Shown: positions 8,740-18,007, counted from the first letter of the stretch. The stretch: 35,215 nt of DNA from Parcubacteria group bacterium (GCA_028286805.1 JAQBQW010000025.1:1-35215); one strand, 5' to 3'. Notes: generated from the sequence alone by a model not told the origin. Numbers and translations: made by a program.

Positions 8740-10112
8740 TATAAATCGAGTTCGTACCGCACTCCCCGTTCAGGAAGAACAGTTTTCAGATTAAATTCAT
8801 CCTTCAACCGCTGCGCCAAATACATTGCAGATTTTGGTTCCGCCATGGTGATAAATACATTTTTAAGAGACTTTGCCGTATGCGAAACAAATTCAACTAA
8901 TCCGTCCGAATCCCTGTGCGCGCTGAACCCATCAATGGAGACAACTTTGGCTCGGACGTCTATTCGCTGTCCGTCTATCACCACCGACTTCTGTCCCTCT
9001 TGGATTTGTCTGCCGAGAGTTCCGGGAACCTGGTATCCAACAAAGATAATGGTGGCTTTGGGATCTGGAAGGTAGGATGCTTCGTGCATTTGAATGCGTC
9101 CGGCGGTAGACATACCGGATCCGGCCATGATAATCTTCGCACCTTTCACCATTCCAATATCTCGAGATTCCCTTCCGCCCACTGTTTCCATTAATTTTGG
9201 GAACTTGAAGGCATCATCGTCTGTTTTTAAAATATTTTGCACGACATCATTGTATTCGCTCTCAAACTTCTCATACACCTCCGTGATCTTAATCGCTAAA
9301 GGAGAATCGAGGAACACGGGGATCTTTGGAACCGTTCCGCTTTTAAACAGCTGATCTAATTCATACAACAACACTTGGCTTCTTTCTAATGAAAATGCGG
9401 GAATAAGAATGGTTCCTCCGCTTCGAATGGCATCAGATAAAGTGGCTGTAAAAAGCCGTTCCCTGTCTGCTTTGGATTCGTGGTTCCTATCTCCGTACAC
9501 TGCATCCATGAGCAAATACTTTAATCCTTCTGGCTTATCAATTTCTTTTTGAATTGGAGAGATGGCACTGCCCGTATCTCCTGTAAACAAGATGGAACCG
9601 CCGGGAAACGTAAACTTGTACATGGCGGAACCGAGAATATGCCCGGCATTTAACAATTCCACAATGCATCCAACCAAACTTTCCGGTTGGTGATACGGAA
9701 GCGACTTCCACTGCTTCATTGCTCTTTCAACATCCACCGCGTTATACAATCCTTTCCTGCCGTAGTTTCTTTCATTCGATTCTGCAATCTTAGCCATATC
9801 GAGGAGCATAAGAACAGATAACTCTTTAGTTGGTTCGGTGGAATAGACAGTTCCCTTGAACCCATCTTTCACAAGCTTCGGTACTTTTCCGATGTGGTCT
9901 ATATGCGCATGGGTGATAAATACGGCATCGATGGTAGCGGGGTCGTAATCGAACCTCTCGGCGTTCACCCTCTCCGCTCCCCGAGACCCTTGGAGCAACC
10001 CGCAATCGATTAGTATTTTAAACGGCTTGCCGGATGTCGGGATCTCAAGCAAGAAGTTTGCTCCGGTTACCGATTCAACTCCTCCCCAGCATGTCAGGAC
10101 GGGTTTATTCAT
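8739..10112 (-). CDS. MBL-fold beta-CASP ribonuclease (RNA-metabolising metallo-beta-lactamase)
   Basis: LIDCG, THAHIDHIG, AGHILGS, FTGD, AGSGM..AGRI, FSAHRD; start ATG 10112 overlaps the upstream stop. Confidence 0.95.
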   Translation of the reverse strand: MNKPVLTCWGGVESVTGANFLLEIPTSGKPFKILIDCGLLQGSRGAERVNAERFDYDPATIDAVFITHAHIDHIGKVPKLVKDGFKGTVYSTEPTKELSVLMLLDMAKIAESNERNYGRKGLYNAVDVERAMKQWKSLPYHQPESLVGCIVELLNAGHILGSAMYKFTFPGGSILFTGDTGSAISPIQKEIDKPEGLKYLLMDAVYGDRNHESKADRERLFTATLSDAIRSGGTILIPAFSLERSQVLLYELDQLFKSGTVPKIPVFLDSPLAIKITEVYEKFESEYNDVVQNILKTDDDAFKFPKLMETVGGRESRDIGMVKGAKIIMAGSGMSTAGRIQMHEASYLPDPKATIIFVGYQVPGTLGRQIQEGQKSVVIDGQRIDVRAKVVSIDGFSAHRDSDGLVEFVSHTAKSLKNVFITMAEPKSAMYLAQRLKDEFNLKTVLPERGVRYELDL

Positions 10113-10500
10113 ACAGCGCTTTATTTTTCCCCACAAGTCCCGCACATATTCCCCCCACTATATCCGAAATCAAATCTCCCAAAGTATCCATGGGATATTT
10201 TGAGGACCAGAGCACAATCTTGAATCCGTATTCAAACGCTTCCCAGACTATTCCCACAGACAAGGCGGAAAGAAGACACAGCAGGAAAACTTCTTTTACT
10301 GAAGGAATCCTTTTGGGAAATAATCCCGAAGCAAAACAAAGCCATAATCCTAATATGGAAATAGCCATGGCTCCCACGATATGAGTGACATGATCACTCC
10401 CGGAATCGGTCCAATATAAATAAAAAAATGTGGAAATTGCGTGGAACCCTACAAGAAGAATGATGAGAAAGAGGCTGATGAAAAGAAGTTTTGCTCGCAT
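10105..10500 (-). CDS. Four-TM membrane protein, VanZ/DUF2238-like
   Basis: DHVTH...WEAFEY...DTLGDLISD motif spacing within hydrophobic helices; TGTTATACT 6 nt before ATG. Confidence 0.75.
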   Translation of the reverse strand: MRAKLLFISLFLIILLVGFHAISTFFYLYWTDSGSDHVTHIVGAMAISILGLWLCFASGLFPKRIPSVKEVFLLCLLSALSVGIVWEAFEYGFKIVLWSSKYPMDTLGDLISDIVGGICAGLVGKNKALYE

Positions 10501-10511
10501 TGGGTAAGTAT

Positions 10512-10546
10512 AACAAAAAAATTCTTCTAAGAAGAATTTTTTTGTT
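10512..10546. terminator. Perfect 16-bp hairpin, intrinsic terminator
   Basis: AACAAAAAAATTCTTC-TAA-GAAGAATTTTTTTGTT. Confidence 0.8.
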
Positions 10547-10667
10547 AGGGCTATTTTCAGTATGCCTAGTCTTAAGACTAGGTGGGTGCCCGCAGAGTTA
10601 ACCCAAAGGTTAAAACGATATAAGACTCCCTGAAAAATGTTTGCTAGATAATACCTCCAATAGCCCT
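10547..10667 (-). ncRNA. Candidate structured non-coding RNA of unknown family
   Basis: TTGACG-18-TATAAT (10674-10703) places +1 at 10667; first 9 nt AGGGCTATT pair with the last 9 nt (10547-10555); internal stems; terminator follows immediately; no ORF. Confidence 0.6.
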
Positions 10668-10683
10668 GCGGCCATTATACTCC

Positions 10684-11286
10684 CTACTCCAAAATACCGT
10701 CAATGTTGACGTCGTAGAGAATTGCTTCTTGAACTAATTTGTAGTTAATCATCTCATCTTTCTTAAACCAGAGATCGATTTCTTTTGCCGAATCTTCGAC
10801 TGAACCTGATGCGTGAACCAAATTTCTAATAGACCGATTATCACCATCAGACATTGCATAGGAATCAAGCACAAAGTCTCCTCGAATGGTACCGACGTCA
10901 GAGGTTAATGGTTCTGTTCCGCCTACGAGTTTGCGTACAAGTTTTACGGCATGTGCTCCTTCCCAAACCATGGCTACAACTGGACCGCTGGTCATAAAGC
11001 TAATCAAATTCTTAAGTACTCTATCTGTTACTTCAAAAGGATCCTCTGTCCATGGAACCAATCCTTTGGCTTTGTAGCTTGCAATGGTCTTTTCCCCAGT
11101 AATCCTCCTCCATTCTGGATCAAGGGTGTAGTGCTTCTCTATGTGTTCCTGATCTACGACAACCATCTTCATTCCTACTAACTTCAATCCCACCTTTTCA
11201 AATCGTCCGATGATTTCTCCAATAAGAGATCTCTGTACCCCATCCGGCTTTACCGCAACAAACGTTCGTTCTTTTTTTGGATGCAT
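10684..11286 (-). CDS. ndk: Nucleoside diphosphate kinase
   Basis: ERTFVAVKPDGVQR, SGPVVAMVWEG, GTIRGDF, NLVHAS. Confidence 0.98.
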   Translation of the reverse strand: MHPKKERTFVAVKPDGVQRSLIGEIIGRFEKVGLKLVGMKMVVVDQEHIEKHYTLDPEWRRITGEKTIASYKAKGLVPWTEDPFEVTDRVLKNLISFMTSGPVVAMVWEGAHAVKLVRKLVGGTEPLTSDVGTIRGDFVLDSYAMSDGDNRSIRNLVHASGSVEDSAKEIDLWFKKDEMINYKLVQEAILYDVNIDGILE

Positions 11287-11319
11287 ATTAATTAAATTAG
11301 AAGCAGAGTATACCAGAAG

Positions 11320-12087
11320 TTAACGGGTCAGGACAATGTGTCCGTCTTCGGTAATAGCCACCGTATGTTCAAAATGCGCACTGCGTGATCCGTCTCTGGT
11401 TTTAATGGTGTATCCGTCTTTTGCTACCTTGATCCCCGCCTTCCCAACGTTGACCATGGGTTCGATGGCAATGACCATTCCCGGCAATAATTCCTCCTCC
11501 ACTCCTCGAATACCGAAGTTTGGTACAAACGGATCTTCGTGCACTGCATGTCCCACTCCGTGTCCAGCAAGATCTTCTGCTAAAGTAAACCCGGTTGGTT
11601 CCACCACTTCTGAAATAGCCGCTCCGATATCTCCAATGTGATTACCGGGTACAGCTTCTCTGATTCCGGCTTCCAATGCTTCTTCCGTAATCTTCAATAA
11701 AGTTTTAGATTCATCGTCTATTGTACCGACAGCCACCGTAATAGCAGCGTCGGTAATCAAACCTTTGTGTATTAACCCGAGATCGATCGAAACAATATCC
11801 CCATCGTTTAAAATTCGTGCGGCTTCGTTTGGAATACCGTGCACTATTTCATCATTAATCGAAACACAAAGTGATGCCGGGAATGGACGATGTGCTCCCG
11901 CGGGAGTATATCCAAGGAACGCAGACTTGTCTCCGTGAGCTTTGATAAGTCTCAACGCTTCTTCTTCAAGAATGAGAGTGGACATTCCGGGTTCAATCAT
12001 TTCTTTTAAGGCGCGCAAAATCTCCGAGTGTCTTTTGCCACCTTCGATCATAATTTCTATTTCTTCTTTGGTTTTATAGCGAATCAT
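11320..12087 (-). CDS. map: Methionine aminopeptidase type I
   Basis: SINDEIVHGIP, GHGVG..VHEDP, IEPM, SAHFEHT. Confidence 0.99.
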   Translation of the reverse strand: MIRYKTKEEIEIMIEGGKRHSEILRALKEMIEPGMSTLILEEEALRLIKAHGDKSAFLGYTPAGAHRPFPASLCVSINDEIVHGIPNEAARILNDGDIVSIDLGLIHKGLITDAAITVAVGTIDDESKTLLKITEEALEAGIREAVPGNHIGDIGAAISEVVEPTGFTLAEDLAGHGVGHAVHEDPFVPNFGIRGVEEELLPGMVIAIEPMVNVGKAGIKVAKDGYTIKTRDGSRSAHFEHTVAITEDGHIVLTR

Positions 12088-12662
12088 AGATACAGCTCTA
12101 TCTTTTCGAGCACTTCTTTGAATACGGTTTCAGGGTCCGGTTCACCGTTGATTTCAATTACTTTTCCCACCGACCTAAAGTATTCGAGAGCGGGCATGGT
12201 TTCGGCGTCGTAATGGTCAAACCTGTTTTTCAGTTTGTCGCCCTTGTCATCCTCCCTGCCACCAATCGCTCTTCGTTTCTCGAGACGGTCTGTCACATTT
12301 TTTTCAGAGACATCAAGGTAGATTACTTTGTAATCTCTGCCAATCCATGTGTTGATGTCATGGAACAACTGCGCTTCCGCCACTTTTCTTCCCACCCCTT
12401 CGAATATCTGTCCCTCGTTGTCTTTCAATTCAAACAAAGACTTCTCAAAGAGGTACGAGGCAAACCAAAATGGAGTAAGCCCTCCAGCATTAGATACTTC
12501 GGCAATTTTCTTTCCGAGCAGAGTATCCATAGCTGCAATTCTTCTTACTTCGGATCCGGTGGAAAAGATCGGGAAACCGGTGTGTTTAGACAAGAATTCA
12601 GACTGTACCCCCTTCCCGGCACCAGGACGGCCCATGAACACAAAAAGATGTGATGTAGACAT
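12084..12662 (-). CDS. adk: Adenylate kinase (short-LID type)
   Basis: GRPGAGKG P-loop, GREDD; position between secY and map. Confidence 0.93.
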   Translation of the reverse strand: MSTSHLFVFMGRPGAGKGVQSEFLSKHTGFPIFSTGSEVRRIAAMDTLLGKKIAEVSNAGGLTPFWFASYLFEKSLFELKDNEGQIFEGVGRKVAEAQLFHDINTWIGRDYKVIYLDVSEKNVTDRLEKRRAIGGREDDKGDKLKNRFDHYDAETMPALEYFRSVGKVIEINGEPDPETVFKEVLEKIELYL

Positions 12663-12686
12663 GCATCTACTCTACCACAAACATTT

Positions 12687-13958
12687 TTAGTATTCCCGAG
12701 CTGAAACCTGCGCGTCTATCTTCTTCAAGAGATCAATAACTACTGAAACAACGATAAGGAGAGCTGTTCCTCCGATAGCCAGAGACTGGATACCAGTTAA
12801 TCCGCGAACAATGAGAGGCAAGACTGCAATACCGCCAAGGAAGAGCGCTCCAACGAGGGTAAGGCGGGTAAGGATGTTTGAGAGGTATTCAGCGGTAGGC
12901 TGTCCGGGGCGAATGCCGGGGATAAAGGCACCGGATTTCTGGAGGTTCTGGGAGATCTGGTCTGGATCAAAGGTAATGGCGGTGTAGACGTAAGTAAACG
13001 CTACAACCAAGATAAAGTATGCGGCACCGTAGAACCACTGGTTTGCCCAAATACCGAGAAGGGTTGTGGCAAAGCTTTTCACACTAACCGAAGCCGAGTT
13101 AGCCAAGAACTGCAGAATAACCTGAGGGAACAAGAGAATAGAAAGAGCGAAGATGATAGGCATCACTCCGGATTGATTCACTCGAAGAGGAAGGTATGTC
13201 GAACCTCCGCCCACGGTTCCCTGTCCGCGGATTTGTTTAGCATAGGTAACAGGAACCGGACGTTCTCCTTCGGAGACAATGACCACGCCGAGAATCACAA
13301 GGATAATGGCAACCAACGCCGCAATGTATATTGGAAGTTTGGAGGGATCGTATGTGAAGAAAAGCTGTCCGATGGTTGCGGGCAAACGCGAAACGATACC
13401 GGCAAAGATAATGAGGGAAATTCCGTTTCCAACTCCGTATTCGGAGATGAGTTCTCCGATCCAGACGACCAAGAGAGATCCGGCTGTGACAATCAAGAGA
13501 TCAACAACTAAAGTTGTAAAGGAAAGCGGAGGAAGGGCTCCTTGTTTCTGGAAAAGCGTAATGAAAGCGTAACCCTGTAGGAGTGCCAAAGGAACGGTCA
13601 GCATGCGGGAGTATTGGGCAAAGCGTCGGCGTCCGGCATCCCCTTCTTCCTGATACATGGCTTTGATCTTTGGAACCATGACGGTCAACAACTGCATAAT
13701 AATCGAAGCTGTGATGTATGGGCTCACCCCGAGCATGATAATGGAAAGGCTCGAAAGACCTCCTCCGGAGAACACATTCAAAAGTGAGAGGAGCTGGTTA
13801 CCGGAGAAGAGGCTCTGCAATCGCGCGGGATCGACTCCGGGAATTGGAATAACTGCAAGGATTCGGGTAATAACAAGGAAACCGAGGGTCGCAAGGATCC
13901 TGGTTCTGAGAAATGCATCTCCGAACACGAGGCTGAGCTTTTGTGTAAACGCTTTCAT
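12687..13958 (-). CDS. secY: Preprotein translocase SecY
   Basis: LGVSPYITASII, GVGNGISLIIFAGI, FIPGIRPG, GGTALLIVVSV. Confidence 0.99.
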   Translation of the reverse strand: MKAFTQKLSLVFGDAFLRTRILATLGFLVITRILAVIPIPGVDPARLQSLFSGNQLLSLLNVFSGGGLSSLSIIMLGVSPYITASIIMQLLTVMVPKIKAMYQEEGDAGRRRFAQYSRMLTVPLALLQGYAFITLFQKQGALPPLSFTTLVVDLLIVTAGSLLVVWIGELISEYGVGNGISLIIFAGIVSRLPATIGQLFFTYDPSKLPIYIAALVAIILVILGVVIVSEGERPVPVTYAKQIRGQGTVGGGSTYLPLRVNQSGVMPIIFALSILLFPQVILQFLANSASVSVKSFATTLLGIWANQWFYGAAYFILVVAFTYVYTAITFDPDQISQNLQKSGAFIPGIRPGQPTAEYLSNILTRLTLVGALFLGGIAVLPLIVRGLTGIQSLAIGGTALLIVVSVVIDLLKKIDAQVSAREY

Positions 13959-13959
13959 G

Positions 13960-14400
13960 TTATTTTATATTTCCTCCTGCTTTCTCTATGGCTGCTTTGG
14001 CTGTTTCCGAAACGAGTACTCCTTCGAAAGTTAATTTCTTTGTAAGGGTTCCTGTTCCAAGAATCTTAATGATGGTTGCTTTGCCGTTCTTAACGTCAAT
14101 AAGCTTCTTAGACATGATAGCATCGATATTCACTGTTTCCCCTGCGTTGAAGTGAGCTTCAAGCACATTCAAGTTAATGGCAGTAGCTTTAGTCTGATAT
14201 GACTTGAAAGGAGAAACTCCTCGTCCGCGAAGTTTTGGAAAACGCTTGATGAAGTCTCGGAGTTCTGGTCTCTTCTTGCGTCCAGATCGGGCATTTTGTC
14301 CCTTGGTTCCCTTTCCTGAAGTTTTACCACGAGTACCGCCGCGTCCCACCTGCTGAGATGTGATTCGCTTTGTTTTTGCTTTAAGAGTGTGGAGTTGCAT
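13960..14400 (-). CDS. rplO: 50S ribosomal protein uL15
   Basis: GRGGTRGKTSGKGTKGQNARSG. Confidence 0.98.
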   Translation of the reverse strand: MQLHTLKAKTKRITSQQVGRGGTRGKTSGKGTKGQNARSGRKKRPELRDFIKRFPKLRGRGVSPFKSYQTKATAINLNVLEAHFNAGETVNIDAIMSKKLIDVKNGKATIIKILGTGTLTKKLTFEGVLVSETAKAAIEKAGGNIK

Positions 14401-14411
14401 GGTAGTAAATA

Positions 14412-15029
14412 TTATTTAGACTTCTTGATCTTTGTTCTCTTCAATTGTTCAAGAGCTGCAATGGCAACGTATGCGTTGTTGATGTTGTTTTTTGATCGGG
14501 AAAGGAGTTTTGCTGACACTTCGCGCATGCCGGCGAGTTCGAGAACGGTTCGAACAGATGATCCGGCCAAGATACCTTTTCCGGGAGCTGGCATGATTTT
14601 TACCCGTGATGCTGCAAACTTTGCATCGATTTCGTGAGGAACAGACATTCCTTTGGTGAGGTTGATGGTGATCATATTCTTCTTGGCATCGCGGAATGCT
14701 TTATCGATAGCGAGAGGAGTGTCTGTAGCCTTACCCTGTCCAACTCCAACCATGCCCTTTCGGTTTCCTGCCACGACACAGACTGAGAAAGCGAATCGGC
14801 GGCCTCCTGAGGTCACACGAACCACTCGTCTGAGGGAGACGATCTTCTGGTCGAATTCAGGCTTCTGGCGGCCTTCTCGTCGAGGTCCTCGACGGTTTGA
14901 GGGGCGGCGTCCGCCGCGGTCATTGTTTCTGTCGCCTCTCTGAGGACGAGCGTCTTGAAGAGCCGCTTCAACAACTGGAGCGTCCGCGGGAATCATATCT
15001 GGTGTAGTTTTTGTATCGTCCATAATCAT
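14412..15029 (-). CDS. rpsE: 30S ribosomal protein uS5 (N-terminal extension; start 15029 or 15023)
   Basis: RVVRVTSGGRRFAFS. Confidence 0.98.
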   Translation of the reverse strand: MIMDDTKTTPDMIPADAPVVEAALQDARPQRGDRNNDRGGRRPSNRRGPRREGRQKPEFDQKIVSLRRVVRVTSGGRRFAFSVCVVAGNRKGMVGVGQGKATDTPLAIDKAFRDAKKNMITINLTKGMSVPHEIDAKFAASRVKIMPAPGKGILAGSSVRTVLELAGMREVSAKLLSRSKNNINNAYVAIAALEQLKRTKIKKSK

Positions 15030-15343
15030 TAAAATGTAAGTCCGGCTGCTCTGGCTGCATCTGCGAGCACCTTAATCTTTCCCGTGTAAATGTATCCTCC
15101 GCGATCGAACACAACTTTCTCGATCTTCTTTGCAGTTGCAGCCTTGGCAATTTCAGTTCCAACCTTGGTGGCATCAGTTCCCTTTGCAGCTCCGATAGTT
15201 ACTCCGTTTTCATCATCGATGAGCTGAACATACAGAGCGGTATTCGATTTGAATACAGAAAGACGAGGTCGTTCCGAAGTACCCGCCACCATGGTGCGGA
15301 TTTTCTTGTGGTTTCTGTTTCGTTTTTCTGAAGAGGTAGCCAT
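15029..15343 (-). CDS. rplR: 50S ribosomal protein uL18 (short)
   Basis: RPRLSVFKSN, VVFDRGGYIYTG. Confidence 0.98.
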   Translation of the reverse strand: MATSSEKRNRNHKKIRTMVAGTSERPRLSVFKSNTALYVQLIDDENGVTIGAAKGTDATKVGTEIAKAATAKKIEKVVFDRGGYIYTGKIKVLADAARAAGLTF

Positions 15344-15352
15344 ATAGTTTTA

Positions 15353-15886
15353 TTATGCGGATTTCTTTCCCTGCTTTCGTTTAATCACTTCGTCTGAATA
15401 GCGCATTCCCTTACCCTTGTATGGTTCTGGCTTCTTCAAAGCGCGGATCTTTGCAGCGAATTCTCCCACTTCTTCTTTGTTGATGCCAGAGACAGTGATG
15501 TTGTTTTTCTCTGCAGTTACCTTAAGAGAAGATGGAATTGCGACGTTGACTGGGTGAGAGAATCCGAGAGCGAACACAATCTCACTTCCCTTCACTTCTG
15601 ATTTGTATCCGATACCTTCGAGGATAAGTTTCTTTTCAAAAGGCTTGTTTACGCCGCTGACCATGTTCTTCAAGTGTGAGGCGTATGTACCCCAGAGAGC
15701 TCGAGATTCGAGAGTTTCTCTTTTTGGAGCAAGAGTTACTTCGCGTCCGTTGATGGTGACTTCAATAATAGGATTAAATGATTTTGAAAGTTCTCCCAAT
15801 GGTCCTTTGACCAACACTGAACCCGCTGAGATGGTGACATCTGTTTTTTCAGGAAGAGCGATTACTTGTTTTCCGATTCGTGACAT
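15353..15886 (-). CDS. rplF: 50S ribosomal protein uL6
   Basis: MSRIGK, PEPYKGKG. Confidence 0.99.
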   Translation of the reverse strand: MSRIGKQVIALPEKTDVTISAGSVLVKGPLGELSKSFNPIIEVTINGREVTLAPKRETLESRALWGTYASHLKNMVSGVNKPFEKKLILEGIGYKSEVKGSEIVFALGFSHPVNVAIPSSLKVTAEKNNITVSGINKEEVGEFAAKIRALKKPEPYKGKGMRYSDEVIKRKQGKKSA

Positions 15887-15898
15887 AAAAATATTGTT

Positions 15899-16285
15899 TT
15901 ACCAGATAGTGAAGAGAGCTTCTCCACCGAGTTTTTCTTTTCGTGCATCTCGTCCGCTCATGATTCCTTTAGGTGTTGAAAGGATAAGTGCGCCGTATCC
16001 GGACTTTACCAAACGGATTTCAGAAGATTTCTTGTATACGCGCTTTGAAGTCTTTGAAATTCTTTGAACTCCCTTCACTTTAGGAATGCGATTTTCAAGG
16101 ATGAGGGTGATGACGAGGGTTGGTTTGCCGCTGACCATCTTCATCTGAGCACCTTTGATGAAACCTTCTTTCGTAAGAACGGTGGTGATGTTTTCCTTCA
16201 TCTTTGAGTAAGGCACGGTAACAGTATCTCGGCCGGCGTTGCCTGCATTCTTGATAGCTATGATCATGTTACCGAGTACGTCCAT
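15899..16285 (-). CDS. rpsH: 30S ribosomal protein uS8
   Basis: ILSTPKGIM...GGE. Confidence 0.98.
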   Translation of the reverse strand: MDVLGNMIIAIKNAGNAGRDTVTVPYSKMKENITTVLTKEGFIKGAQMKMVSGKPTLVITLILENRIPKVKGVQRISKTSKRVYKKSSEIRLVKSGYGALILSTPKGIMSGRDARKEKLGGEALFTIW

Positions 16286-16305
16286 TGTGTTTATTTATAT
16301 GTGAA

Positions 16306-16491
16306 TTACCAAGAAGATTTCTTAATACCCGGGATCTTGCCTTCGTTGGCGAGCTCTCTAAAGCAAATACGGCAGAGGTCAAAGTCTCGCATGTATCCTC
16401 GTCCGCGGCCGCATTTGAAGCAGCGATTAGTAGCCCGAGTGCTGAACTTAGGCGTCTTTTTGGATCTTGCGATTACTGATGTTTTTGCCAT
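16306..16491 (-). CDS. rpsN: 30S ribosomal protein uS14, zinc-binding (type Z)
   Basis: RCFKCGR...LCRICFRE. Confidence 0.98.
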   Translation of the reverse strand: MAKTSVIARSKKTPKFSTRATNRCFKCGRGRGYMRDFDLCRICFRELANEGKIPGIKKSSW

Positions 16492-16553
16492 TTGAAATAA
16501 AAAGGCTCGAAAGCCGTTCCGTAGAGCTTATCAAGAGAGGGGTGGGTTGTCAA
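16492..16553 (-). promoter_or_regulatory. Dedicated promoter and short hairpin leader of the rpsN-secY sub-operon
   Basis: TTGACA(16548-16553)-17-TAAGCT(16525-16530); leader GGCT-TTCG-AGCC then TTTTTATTT. Confidence 0.7.
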
Positions 16554-16604
16554 ATGAAGGTAGAAGTGCAAATATAGCCCCAGAACCCTCTACCACGGAG
16601 CCTC

Positions 16605-16832
16605 ATGTTTGTCACCAAAAAGACCTACACAGTCTATCGAAATCCCCGTGACAATGCAGCTCTCGGAATGGTCAACGAATTCCGAAGGAAAGGAATCACA
16701 ATCAGCCTAGTCCCCGTATTTGGTCTTCCCAAGCCTTACATGTGGACCGAAGGCAGAAAAGCTGAAGGACTCATGGAAATCCGTACGATTCTACATGGAT
16801 TGCTAGCACCTACCTCACATCACTCTTTGTGA
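16605..16832 (+). CDS. Orphan 75-aa protein, possibly a glutaredoxin-like fold without CxxC
   Basis: SD GGAG; promoter TTGTCA-17-AAATAT; terminator-like hairpin 16811-16846; YTVY...GITISLV...PKPY...EGLMEI spacing. Confidence 0.6.
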   Translation: MFVTKKTYTVYRNPRDNAALGMVNEFRRKGITISLVPVFGLPKPYMWTEGRKAEGLMEIRTILHGLLAPTSHHSL

Positions 16833-16862
16833 TATGGGGTATTTTTATTAAAAAACTGACGG

Positions 16863-17081
16863 TTATACCGCCAGTCGAGGAGAACAGAAGCTCATATATT
16901 GCTGCAAAATTCTCGCGAGCAATGAATCTTGAAGCACTCCTTGAAGAGTCTCTGGGATCTCGTAATCAGAGCCGGCTTCCATACTTTCACAAAGCTCTCG
17001 GAATGCTTGTCTGACCCGAATCTCTTGAGCTTCTGTCGTACAAGCGAAAACCATCTCCTCCCAATCAATACCGTCGTTCAT
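16863..17081 (-). CDS. Orphan acidic 72-aa protein
   Basis: ATG 17081 with SD GGGAG; track start 17144 lies in the terminator/promoter. Confidence 0.5.
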   Translation of the reverse strand: MNDGIDWEEMVFACTTEAQEIRVRQAFRELCESMEAGSDYEIPETLQGVLQDSLLARILQQYMSFCSPRLAV

Positions 17082-17113
17082 AAATCTCCCGGAAAGAGTG
17101 TTGTTTCCTAAAT

Positions 17114-17141
17114 CAAAACTACCCCTTTCGGAGTAGTTTTG
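17114..17141 (-). terminator. Terminator hairpin after rplE, overlapping a predicted promoter
   Basis: CAAAACTACTCC-GAAA-GGGGTAGTTTTG. Confidence 0.75.
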
Positions 17142-17147
17142 CAAATA

Positions 17148-17681
17148 TTATTTCTTGAAAGGAAAACCGAGATGTGTGAGGAACGTCTGCACTTCTTTCT
17201 TAGACTTTGCAGTCGTCACAACTGTAATTGCCATTCCGAAGACATCTTTCAACTCTTCATCAGCTGTTTCAGGGAAAATGGTGTGTTCTTTAATACCAAG
17301 AGTATAGTTACCCATCTCATCTGCCGCTTCGATAGAAATACCGCGGAAGTCTTTGGTACGAGGAAGTGAAATGTGTACCAACTTATCGAGGAAATCGTAC
17401 ATTCGCTGTCCGCGAAGGGTAACCTGGTATCCAACGAGATCCCCTTCTCTTGATTTAAAGTTAGCGATAGCGACCTTGGCGTTTCGAGGAGCAGCTTTCT
17501 GTCCAGTGATCTTGGCAAGTCTGTCTTCGATCAACTTAATCTTGTTCTTGTCTTTAACTGAACCGACTCCAACTGAAACAACCACCTTCTTGATTCGAGG
17601 AGACTGCATGACATTTGTATAGCCTTCAGTGGCTTTCATGGGTTCAAATGCTTTCTGTGTTTTTGTTTTGAGAGTGTCCAT
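17148..17681 (-). CDS. rplE: 50S ribosomal protein uL5
   Basis: ITGQK, VTLRG, LPRTKDFRG, GNYTLGIKEHTIFPE. Confidence 0.99.
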   Translation of the reverse strand: MDTLKTKTQKAFEPMKATEGYTNVMQSPRIKKVVVSVGVGSVKDKNKIKLIEDRLAKITGQKAAPRNAKVAIANFKSREGDLVGYQVTLRGQRMYDFLDKLVHISLPRTKDFRGISIEAADEMGNYTLGIKEHTIFPETADEELKDVFGMAITVVTTAKSKKEVQTFLTHLGFPFKK

Positions 17682-17696
17682 AGTGGTATATAAATG

Positions 17697-18002
17697 CTAT
17701 TCGAAGCTTGCGCCTGATTTCTTTGAAATGCGAACCATCTTTTCTCCAACCATTTTCATTCCCACACGTGTAGGTTTCTTGGTTTTTGGATCAATGAGTG
17801 CAACATTCGAAACATCCATTGGGTGGGATTTTTCAACGATGCTCCCCTTCTTTCCCTGGGTTGGCTTGCGGTGGATTTTACGGATGTTCATGCCTTCAAC
17901 AATAACCTTCATTTCTTTTGGAAATGCGCGAAGAACTTTAGCTGTTTTGCCTTTGTCTTTTCCAGAGAGGATATATACTGTGTCGTTTTTCTTGATATTC
18001 AT
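17697..18002 (-). CDS. rplX: 50S ribosomal protein uL24
   Basis: IKKNDTVYILSGKDKGK KOW motif. Confidence 0.99.
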   Translation of the reverse strand: MNIKKNDTVYILSGKDKGKTAKVLRAFPKEMKVIVEGMNIRKIHRKPTQGKKGSIVEKSHPMDVSNVALIDPKTKKPTRVGMKMVGEKMVRISKKSGASFE

Positions 18003-18007
18003 ATAAT

